Assembly (NCBI GenBank): GCA_024704765.1
Contig: JAKMXF010000301.1
Span: forward strand, 279,807-343,806
Origin: Oopsacas minuta
Lineage: Eukaryota; Animalia; Porifera
DNA: 64,000 bases
Direction: 5' to 3'
This document shows positions 25,316-37,029 of the stretch, piece after piece. The notes below the pieces were generated by a model. It made no database searches. It was not told the DNA's origin and was given only the letters and a program-made list of their open reading frames with translations. Position numbers and translations under genes: made by a program. Position 1 is the first letter of the stretch. Each line of letters opens with the position of its first letter.

Positions 25316-28300
25316 CTAAAGAAGTATAGAAGAAAGTAGAAAGAGAACAATAGATTGTAGGTAATATACACTGTAATATGAGACAATAACATATCGTCGC
25401 AAGAAACAAAAGAAAATACCATTAAGAATTACCAAAATCTATCTTAGTAAACGCAATTACATGTAATTAAATATATATATATAAATGTTTGTGTGTCCGA
25501 AATTGATCAAAGAAATTGAAAACCCCAGCAATCTTTTGGGATATGAGGTTTTTTGTGCCTGGCACAGACAAGTTTGAGTATTGCACGAGAAAAATTACCT
25601 ATGACGATATTATGACGCATTGTCACATTTTGGATAATCCAAAATCTCATTATTAGCCACAGACAAATAATATGCAAGATGCTTGAGATTGGAAACACAA
25701 GTACCCCTCAATATGCCAAATGTCCTAGCGTAATAATTTTGACCACAAGCGAACTCAACATGAATCATTATTTTATCATGATAGTCAAAGAAATCCCCAA
25801 TAGAAATCATTTGATTGCAGTTTACATGTATTAATCAACGGACAAAGTGTATTCAAATAATGCATTATATCACATGATCATTAATACAATCAACAGGTAA
25901 GGATACTAATGCACACAAGTCCACATAGATAGGTACGCAGCTTGTAGTAAATTCAAAAGTAGAAAGATTTCTCTAAATTACCAAATAATAATAATTGTGC
26001 TCGGAAACATTTCGAGTTACTAATCACATTGCCTCGTTGTGTACATGAATATCTTGTATATTCACAGTGGAGAGAATTTAAAGAATTTAGCCATAATAAA
26101 TTAACCGCACTTGGAGATAATTATGTATTATCAAATTTATGTAACAACATTCGAGGCCAGTTCTCAGTCCTATATCCGAAATTCAGAGTTTGGCGAATCT
26201 TGGAGATGTCAAAGTATTATAAGTATGGCAAATTCATTACGCTCCACGAAGTCTGTCCTTTGTGGAAGATTTCCCGAATTTGGAGTGATGAGAGACTCCA
26301 CTAAAAAGAAATGGGACATTTCATTGAAACACTAAGCGTTGTAAGTGGAAATAATACGGTGTGTACCAAAATTGATGTTCGATTATAGTAGTAACTAAAG
26401 GGTGAGAATAAAAATCAATCTATAACATAATAGCGCAGTTAGATTGATAGGTCGCTGCTCGATAGCTTTTTACGTTAGATTAGGCTCAAATATTAAACAT
26501 CTATATTTCTTAGTGAAATTGGCGAGATGCGATGGTATATACTCGGCACTACCTGCATCGGGTAGATAATAGAGGGAATTCACATTATTTTATGCTCCAT
26601 AGCGCATCAATTACATGTAATTGGCATAGTTGGTAACACTGGAGCGCTTACATGACTTTTGGCAAGGAATATCGAAACTTCGTGCCTCGTGTATTAAAAA
26701 TTCTCGAAATTTATGGTTTGTCAAGGTCATGATGACGTAATAATTCAATAATGAGTTCGCATTAGGTCAAAGTGATGTAGTCATAACTCGTGGCATATTG
26801 AGCCTACCCGTGATTCAAATTTTAAACATCTATTATGCTAAACAAGAATTATCTATCATAGCCCAGGAATAATCCATCCTATTTTAGACTCAAATTGAAC
26901 ACGATTAATTCAAGAAATGCGAAATTTCAGCTCTATAATGATCTCCATGATCATTTCTTCCACAGGAATTGATATTGGACTGATAGAACACTCAGGATCA
27001 AGGGATTATCAAGGAGCACTAGAAGCTCTTCTAGGACCACGACTTTTGATGAAATTACATATAGGAGCCTGAAATTGAGTATATTTCCCTATAAAGTAAC
27101 GCAAATTTAATGATTTCGGCGTAGAAGATTCAGGAGGAGAAGCGCTAGGAGCGTGCTCCGAATCCTCTGCATAACCCTTGGATCAGGATGCTGGATAGCG
27201 AGAGCGGAATTAACTATTATGTGAGTGCATGAAGAGATTTACTAATCAGGGACCCAGTAGTAAGCAACTGAAAACAACAGCATGACCCTTAATAAACTAA
27301 GATTTCTATTTGCTTAGAAGTATGCATAATCATAATAAACGGATCTTGCACAAAGTACTGAAAATAGCCTAGATTTCATTTCGGAATAAAATTTCTTTAA
27401 ACAATTAGCTTATTATAAATAAGTAAAATTGCCATAGCCAAATCCTCGTGTTTAGTCGAAATCATTGAATTTCTTAAAACAATATGGTCACTGAATAATT
27501 ATCAAATAATTCTCCCATTATTCTGAACCAGGTTGCAAGATAAATAACACCTAATATGCACTGGCACTATATCTGTATATTCAGTAGATAGAGATCCTTC
27601 TGAATAAACTTCACTAATACTCAATTATTGAATTAACTTTCGTCGTCAGCATAAAAAACTTGCTCTCAAAATGGGGAATTTGCACTCTGCTCTAGATCGA
27701 AAGAATGGACTGATTTATTGCGCATATCAGAATGTTTAACTGATAATAAATAAATTTCAAAACACATATGTTGTTCACATAATGAAATTTAAACGAAAGA
27801 ACATTTGTCCACAGAACAACTAATGGCATTCTAAGGTTTGAATCAGTAATACACAAACTATTATCCCATTTTTTGATTTCGAGATAAATTCTCCAGATAA
27901 TTTCTTTCAATCTGAATTATAATAATGAATCAAACACTTATCAGTTTCCACAGTAAACTTAAGAATGTGAACCTGGGAATGGGAATTGGTTCCTTAACTA
28001 TACTTTGACCATGAACAATATATTCAGGATAACATTTTCTAAGCTGGAAATACCATGAATATCAAATTTCATTCCTTGTTCCAATGACCACCAAATTATA
28101 AACCTTAATATCTCTCTAGGTTTTACAGATATATTTAATGGGAACTAATTTGATCAACTAAACTATGAGAAGGTTGTCTCATAACTAACCACAAAGCAAT
28201 CAGAGGACTAAACTCAACAAACTATTGTTATAAGCACCTGTGATGACGTACTGAAATGATTTTAAATAAAACATGCATCAGTGAATTATAAAATCCTGGA

Positions 28301-31300
28301 AAATTAAGTGAAGCCGATAACTGAGGGTGTTATGAAGAACAATAATAAGAAAATATTTACTTCGACATGCTTAAAACATGTAAAACTATACCAGTTTTGG
28401 AGCTAAGGACTGGCAATTGCCTGAGAAGAAAGCTGTACCGATTCTCCTTATGACTGATAGGTTTACTGGCCCATTAAGGCCATAAACTGCATTTTGTAAT
28501 AATCCAAGTTTAAGGAGGCAAAGTCGAATAAGTTTGGAAATTTGGAAAACAATATTTTTCATATTTTGCCCGTTAATTGGGCCAAAAGGAGATTGAAATG
28601 CGTATATAGGTAACAATTTTGGCAAAAAAAACTGGTTCAACCTATTCTTGACCACGTTTACAGGATAGAAGCGGTTGACAAAATCTGAGTATTCAGGTAT
28701 GTCAAACCTTGAGTCACTGTAATTGATGTAATACAAGACCTTCAAGACTTAACGGAAGATCTGATGGAAAGCCATCAATAACAAACTCACTTCCCACATT
28801 AGTTCCCTTTCTACTGTGAAACTTCGAATCTTGAAATAATTAATCTAAATTTCCAAATAATAAGTTCCATTGGAAAGGTTTCGATCGAGTACGTGCGCCG
28901 CCTCCTTGTATACGAATATTTATATACATTGCACACTGTAATTATGTGATTCGTAGATTCCAACGTTTTTCGCCAGTGGACCCAAGATAACAATTTCATC
29001 GATTCTATATGAACACCTTCCCACAGACAGCAATACAAATTTAGAGATCCTGTGAACATCCATGAACCCCAGTTCGAGAACTGCTGAGGTAATTCAAAGA
29101 AATTGGCTATCAAATATGTTGTGTATAATTGGAGAAAAGTATCAAGAACGAATAAGGTGTCGTTTTGCTCACAATACTTATACAATCCTACAGCTACATT
29201 TCAAGCAACTTCCGTTCGTAGATCAATACAAGATATAGTGCAACATCGATTATCCGAACATGCCCCTTGGTACCAGTTCACAATCAGTATGTATAAGTGA
29301 CAATGATTATGTAAATTGCTGATAATCCGAACGCTTTTGATCAGTGTCTACGAGATCGGATAATCGAGCTTATACTGTATATAATATACCTTAGAATTGG
29401 GGAATATAACATGATTTCAGAATATGACTATGATGGAATATCATGCATAATTATAAATGGGGGGGATGACTTTGATAATTATGTGAATTAGTGATATCCA
29501 TGAAAAGTTTTTCGATGAGTTTTTGATTGTCCGCTCTTGGAAGATAATTACAAATTATCAAACACTATTCGGGGGCCAGTACTCTGTCCGTCATTCAGAA
29601 TTCGAATTTGTCCGCTTCTCGAAGACTGCTTAAAACTTTAATTAAATATATTGTTAATTCATTCGGCATCACGAGATCTGTCTGTTGTAGAGGGATTGTC
29701 TGCTTATCGGAGTGTCCGTTATGGGAGAGCCCACTTTAGAACTGGAGGTGCTTTAATGAATTAGTAAAAATGAAAATTGATAGAAAATTTCTCGAACTAC
29801 TATAATCTGGAGGCTGAATTTCTGAATATAATGGACATGATGTTATCGCAAGAGACATATCTTGATGGTGGCACAAAAAGCACAATTGTTTGAAATTGTG
29901 TCAGATAAAATCGAATACCGAGGTGCCAATCGACACATCATCATAAAACTGTCTATAAATTTCTACTCTTATTCATAAACAGTGTGGGATGTAGACGGAA
30001 TACTAAACTAACATAATATGCACTGAGATGGATACTTGGCAACTAAACGATATTATAGTCGGTACAGACAAAAAAGTTTAGATAATATCAGCGTTCAGCC
30101 GGTAAATTTCCCATTTTTGACATTTGAGTTGTTTATTAATCCAAATGCTTGGTAATCATTAAACTTGGTCACGTTTTAGGACTCTTGAACTTCATGTCTT
30201 GAAATAATTTGAAATTATATCAATTTACCATTATTTCACACATGAAAGTGAGGTTGCTATGCTTGATGGGCTTGAAAACAGGGAAGGTCAATTATGGAAA
30301 ATGTTAATAGGTGCGAAACGGTGCGACTGAAGCAGTTTCGATTGGACAAAAGTATTTCGGATCAAAAATGGGTCATCAGTAAAGTCGAAATCGTTCATCT
30401 CTGCTCCCCAAAATCCAAGATAACAGAAGGAAAACAACCCGAATTAGAGAGTAAAACAATTTCTATTTCTATTTCTAAAGCTCTTGAAAGATAACAGTGT
30501 GATTATTTACTGATTATGGAATTTGATTAGATTGGATCATGATAAAGAGTTACACGGTAGAGTCAAAAATGGTTTGTTAGCTACAAGATTTCTTGCCAGT
30601 TGAACATAATCATGTAAGTATTACAATATAAATGTATCATTTTACAAGATATTTACTCTCCAATATTTTCTGATCTAATCTTGAGTGGAATGAAATGATA
30701 TCAACTTGGAATAGATCCCAAACTATTGCGAAAGTTTTATGCACCTCTGCAAACATTCTTAAAGCGTACAACTATAAAATTGTACCCTCGAACTTTTCAT
30801 CCGAAATGTAAACGCACTTATTCTAACCTGATCGTACTCGATTAATGATGATGATTCCACTGTAGAACGTTCTAATCGGTGCACAATCGAAAAGGTTAGA
30901 GCTAAAATACACTACTAAGCCAAAGTCTATGGGCGAAATTGTATTAGTCATCAAATATATTTATACTGATTCTAGTTACTATGTATAGCCATAGTAATGT
31001 GCCTACTAACATCATTGCATAGTGACTTACATTATTGAAAATCCTGAACAGGAATGCAAACTACAAAATAACAAGCAATCATAATTATAATCAATACTTC
31101 AGAACAAGCTGTTAATTTTCAAAACGTAAGAGTACAAAGAGAAGCTGACTAGTTCATGATTAATATCCAAAAAGGTTACCAAAAGTAAATGAATATAAAA
31201 TCAAAACTTATTGCTTAAAACAATCACTCCCTTCTTTCAAATGATACAAATTTCGTATAAATTTGATGAGTATAAGTGAGTCAAATTAGTGAGTGAAGTG

Positions 31301-31599
31301 ATACTCATCTAACTTCGTAGAATTTTTCAAAATAAAATATTTCAAGTAATGAATATGATAAAAGAAATTTTAAACTCATATCCACCAGCCCTCAATAGTA
31401 TGTAAAAGAAAATTTGTATCAAACTTACAAAGAGAAGCCAGTCAAAAAACCCATTATAGTGATACGAATAGGAAAATTTTAAAACCTCAGTGCTAGTCAT
31501 CGCACATACTTCTACAATTCTGATGACATTTTCGTATTCTACCAGCACGATACTTCGAATGATAACAAGTTCCTTCTTTAGCTATACTATTAGTGGGTC

Positions 31600-32740
31600 A
31601 AAGAAACGATTGAAGTGAAAACGTTTTCATTTGAATTGGCTGCTAACCGCTTTTTCGTTACTTTAACAGCGATTGTAGAACATCCGTCATATCCTTGACA
31701 AACAAGTAACCCCATATTTAACCCAAAGTTTCAGGATAAATAAAATTGATGTGGCACTATATTGACGTAGCACTAGATTCTGCGTGCAGATCACCAAGTC
31801 CGAGGAATTCTTCTAAAATTTTGGTTTCTTGTAGTCTCCCTGGTGAATCGTACAACAATTAATAACTATCCATGCCCATTTGTATCTGCATTTCAACAGA
31901 AAGTACGATAAATCCAGAGGAATTAATTGCTTCTGACACGATCCTATTGACAATAACTTGTCCACAATCCTTAATAAGTTCATTGCGAATAGTTGGTGAG
32001 AGATAATTTGCGTTCACATCAGCTGAATCTATATGCTTCTTAAGCAATTCATCGCCCGCATCCATACGAAACGAAGCAATCTTGAACGATTTCCCCTTTC
32101 TTCTGTTTTTCCACGAAGTGGACAAAGCAGATGTTCCACTAAAACAATGGATTGTATTATTTAAACAAGCCATCCACGATTTTCCTGAATTATATTTACA
32201 AAAGTTTAGATAGTGGTTGGAGAACTACTGATTGATTCAATACACCACAAGTTATTGCTCGTGCTCGAGCTCAGTATGAAACTCGTTGCCTATCGTTGAA
32301 GGTGTAATAAATGAAGCACCCAGGAATTCCTCTTCGGATAGTGGGAGGAAAGATGACACAATACTTACAAAGACAAGTATCGTGCCATCTCTCCTCTTTA
32401 TTTGAATAGACCAACCATGGAAATTCGTCCAAACAATCCTTTCTAAAAACTCTACCACATCATGAATCGTTTTGTAAATCAAAATCATCAGGTGGAGACC
32501 AAGCGTCAAGCAATAGCATTAGTTTACTTCCAAACGGAAAACTTTCGCTCAAATAATTCACAACATCAAGAATATGTGTTGAAAAATACAATACATTTTG
32601 TTATTCCATGGTTGTGTCACCAAGAGCAGTTTCTTGGTGTGGTTCAAGTGCGCTATAACCTAGCAAAGACCTCTTCTTGTCCACCATCAGTAGGAATAAA
32701 ACTATATGTCTATACGTAGCGATTAGGGACGAGAGAGCTA
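31600..32740 (-). pseudogene. Decayed hAT transposase of the ZMYM1/PRKRIR-like type
   Basis: Remnants WSPPDDFD..FPWLVYS..CKYCVIF (TTF-type zinc finger), FRMDAGDELLKKH..YLSPTIRNELIKDCG, and EEFLG..GLNM. No termini seen; boundaries approximate. Confidence 0.75.
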
Positions 32741-33310
32741 GCGAATATCCTCAACCAATATTTCAAAGTATAGTGACATCATCTCAATTCTTCGTTCATG
32801 TTTACAACAGGGATTCTATAAATACTAGTAAATACGCATAGAAATTCTTGCAGCTCAATGTAGTACGTAAATACAAATTACCAATCAATTTCTCAAAAAT
32901 ATATTGTAAATATTGGCAATTATTTCAATAATGGGGAACTATATATTTAGCTGAGTTTTAGGACAGTATTAAGGATGGAGAAATAAACGAATAAATCATC
33001 AAGATGGCCTGTCATGTGAGAGAGAAGGTAATTCATGATGATTACCTATGTTCAAGGAATTCATGTAAATACTCAATGGCCGGATAAATCAAAGTAAAGT
33101 TCGTAACTAAGTTCAAAAAAATTGGTAATTAACTACTTAGAGAAAATGAAGAAAGATTTTCTCATAGCCAAATAAACACTTTGATGGACAATCTGTGATG
33201 ATTATGACCTAATCTCGAATATTAGAATAAGATAAATCCGCTTTCTTGCGAAAATGAGCAGATATTGAATAGGAAAATGAACTACAAGGATATGGAAAGT
33301 CGAGTTTATA

Positions 33311-34637
33311 CAGGGTGTTTCACAATTGATGTCGTATTTTCTATATTTGTGTATTATGCACCATGCAATAATATCTGTGTATTTAAACTTGCAATTATAA
33401 TCTATCTTACAGGGTCCTATTGAGTAATTATTTCATTCATCAATCGAAATATTTTATAGCTTCTATTTCCAAATCCAAATTGGGCTAATTATTTGCAAAA
33501 TATAATGGTGAAAGAATACAGTATCATGATTCGCTCACAGGCTGTTGCATGCTACAAACTGGCTCTTCTCAGAAGTTTGTGTCTCTTAAACTCGAAGTTA
33601 ATATCCGTACAGTTCAGCTTTGGTGGCAACATTTCAGGAATGATTTGACATTAGAGAAAAGGGGGACGTGGCCGTAAATCGTCCATATCGAAAGTTGCCA
33701 AGATTGAAATTACTAAATCAATTGGAAAAAAAACACAGTATTTACGTAGTCTTTCCAAGAAATTGAAGTTGAAAGGTCATTCCGTATCTCAGAGTACAGT
33801 GTACCGTTATTTGACAAAAGAAAAGGACGTAAAATCTTACAAACGCCAGCGGGAGCCGTTAATAACAGAGAAAAACATGGCTGCTAGGTTAAAATTTTGT
33901 AAAGAACGTGTCAATTCGGACAGCAACTGATTGGAAAAACATATTATTTACAGATGAATCACCGTTTGAGTTAAATCATCCTCCTAACAGGAAAAATGAT
34001 TGTGGTTGGGCGAGAAACACATCGGATATCGAGCCCGTTTAGACGGTGAAATTTCCAAAGAAAATTCAAGTATGGGGTATGATGTCACATCGAGCACTGT
34101 CGGAGGTACACTTCATTCCCGTTGGACAAACTGTATCTGCAGAGTACTATGTTAGTGAGATACTGGGTAAAACTTTAATGTCTACAATGAATAGAAGCGA
34201 GAAAGACGCACAGTTGTTGAGAGGAAAATGTTAAAAAATATGTCCCGTGCGATATTCCAACAAGATGGCATTCCAGCAAACACGGCAAACATGACACAAA
34301 ATTGGTTGAGAAGTAACCTAGAGTTTTTGGGCCAAAGGTACCTGGCCAGCCAACTCTACATATTTGAGTCCCTTGAGAACATGGTCGATTTCGGAAGATG
34401 ATCTTGATTCAATAGGTGAGTCAAAAGACATAAAAATGTGGAAAATCGACTGAAAACAGCATGGTCCAATATTTCACCAGAGCCTTTTGGGCAAATTGGT
34501 GGATGGGATGCCAAAACGAATCCATAAGTGTATTGAACTTAGTGGTGGATATATTGGCAAATAATTGTAGTAATATCTCTAGTATTCTATTAGTTATGTA
34601 ATATTGTATAACACAACATCAATTGTGAAACACCCTG
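33311..34637 (+). mobile_element. Third DD37E-type Tc1/mariner element (1327 bp), decayed
   Basis: TIRs CAGGGTGTTTCACAATTGATGT and ACATCAATTGTGAAACACCCTG with TA TSD. Motifs FTDESPF, VKFPKKIQVWGMMSHRALSEVHFIP and FQQDG are shared with the 14.1-16.8 kb copies. Confidence 0.88.
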
Positions 34638-35527
34638 TAAACAAATTGGGATGCTATTTGCAATAGAATTTCAGGTTACCGAGTTATAGGTAAATATTGA
34701 CAGAAATGTGCCATCCATGGTCACTAGGTACAACTCAGTATAGTAATAACTTTATCATTGAAATTTTGTATAAAACCTCGAGATAATTCAGATAAAATTC
34801 TGGAATCGAAAGTGACATAATAAACCGTCTCTTTCTCACTTTTGAATCGTAAATATTGAATCATTAATATTCTTAAAATGGATAGAAGTAGCAGTTGATA
34901 GTGTAACAAATAAAAAATTTCTTAACGCAAATGAGTAGATATTCCGTGAACTATTGTTAGGAACAAAGTCATGGGAGCATCGGTTTCAATTCGCTATACT
35001 CTGAATTCGTAGGAATCGGAATAAAATCAATAACTTTTAAGCAATACGGCAGAGATTGAATCGATCAGCTTTTTATGAGCAGACACGACCCAGCAAGCCG
35101 GTAGATCAGTCATCCAATATATCTTTACCAACATCAAATAATAAATAATGCACATAAATAGTATAAATCATAGAACTATAATTAGGCCAATACTGAAATA
35201 TATTTCAGTACAAGTGTAACAAGCCTATTGAAGTATTTGGAAGGTCAAATTCTTAATGTCGATCATTTAGTTGTAGGTCAACGGACCGGTCAGAATTTGA
35301 CCGGTACATACATGACCGGTCGACTGAAGGGTCCCAATTCTATATACGGGGTAAGAAATCACTTCGTTATACCTAGAATTCCGTTATTTCCGACTTGGTT
35401 CGAAAGGGAATTTACTATATTAACAGCATGATCTGAATCATATGAACATATATTGCATATCTAGGATATACATACAAATATGTACTGTATCGAGTAGCGA
35501 GATTATCATAAAACAGCAAAAACTCAC

Positions 35528-35740
35528 CTTCAAGCTTCCATCTTTAATTTTAGTAGAAAGAGCTTCATGTATCTTTACTTCCTCCTTCTGAAGTCTCTGA
35601 TCTTGAATAACCTCTGAATATATGCGCTTACTTGGCCCTTGAGGAGTCATACCTAAATCCTCAAAAGGGTCATGTCTGGCAGGAGAATAAACCATTATCT
35701 GTCTTCCCATCCTTTGGTAAGCATTCTCACGTGAAATGAT
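35528..35740 (-). CDS. SF3B1: SF3B1 coding exon 2
   Basis: Acceptor atttag|ATC and donor AAG|gtgagt. IISRENAYQRMGRQIMVYSPARHDPFEDLGMTP...RIYSEVIQDQRLQKEEVKIHEALSTKIKDGSLK aligns to human [32 protein letters not shown]...[33 protein letters not shown]. 213 nt, phase 0/0. Confidence 0.93.
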
Positions 35741-37029
35741 CTAAATTTATGTAAATAAATCTAAAGGATTCTAAACCCTGAGGCAAGGGTCTTCACATAA
35801 ACATGAGAGCAGGATTAGGAATACATCTCATGATGCTTAGTGGGAATAATTTAGTCGTCAATATTTGTGATGAGATGGTTTTGATTATTAACTACACACA
35901 CAGTGCTGGCATTCTATACACTAAAGCATTGGTAGTCACTAAAGTTTTTGGACCAGGAAAGGAATAAATACCTCAATATTTACATCAGGAAATTCCATTA
36001 AGGGCTCTAAAATTAATGGCACATTTTGAGCTGAATAAATGTAACATGTATATTTCACAATACATATATTCACATATCTACAAAAATTTCAGGTCAGGAT
36101 TTACATCATATGCTTGGTAATAACAATCATGCCAAATAAATGCTCTAATGTAATTTAGGAGAGGACTAAATTTATACACTTTTCGTTTCAAATAGGATCA
36201 AATGATTTTGACGCACATATTTTTAACAATATCCAATAAAAACTTGACTTACTTCAATGTTATGGACAAATCAATTTGTACACATCTAGTATACCTGAAT
36301 TCCGATAACGTAATAGTACATTTAAAATGAAATCTCTGATGATCATTCGCAAACACGAAAGGACCAAATATGGTATTATTGATGACTGCAAAAATTCCTT
36401 GAGGTAGCATATCAAATGTGGTATCTGGCTATGAAAGTCGGGCATATACTACATGTGTGCCAGTTGATCTGGCCATGACATTGAAGATTGTAAAGTATTT
36501 GTTGGATATTGTTAAAATATGCTTTCAAAGTCCAAAAGAATAACACTAGAACGGTAGAAATTTAGCCGAATTGACGAACGCTGTACAAATACACAAAATT
36601 GTATAATATTAATCTAGATGACTGATGACAGCGGCATCAAATATTCCAGATCATAGGCCTATCGGAAATATATTATATCCCATATAGCATTATTAAATTG
36701 GAGTCAACCCTTTAAAAAGTACAAAACTCCTTTCAAAGCCCAATTAAGCAAGAATATCAAGATTTAAGTTAAATTGAGATCGTTCCTTTCGTGGAGATTT
36801 GTCCCAATTGAGCTGATTTGACTGTTTATGATATTATCTACATATCAAGCCAAATCCTTGGAGATACTAGTTTGCATAGGGATAACAATATTAAATTTAT
36901 TGGGAAGTCGGTCGATTGTCACAAACTATCTCATGCATCCTTTTGGGCAGAAAATCGACTTCCAAATGAAGAAATATCGTTTATCCACGTGCAAATGAGT
37001 TATTTCGAAGATTTATCAAAAGATGCAGA

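Noticed and set aside
24922-25422. 166-aa Leu-rich overlapping ORF
   Set aside because: It is an alternative frame of the TP-rich SF3B1 exon 3, and the hydrophobic look is a by-product of ACT-CCT codons.
28386-28745. Tyrosine recombinase (Crypton/DIRS) call from LSVIRRIGTAFF
   Set aside because: There is only a faint resemblance to the H-x-x-R box, and no other catalytic residues can be placed.
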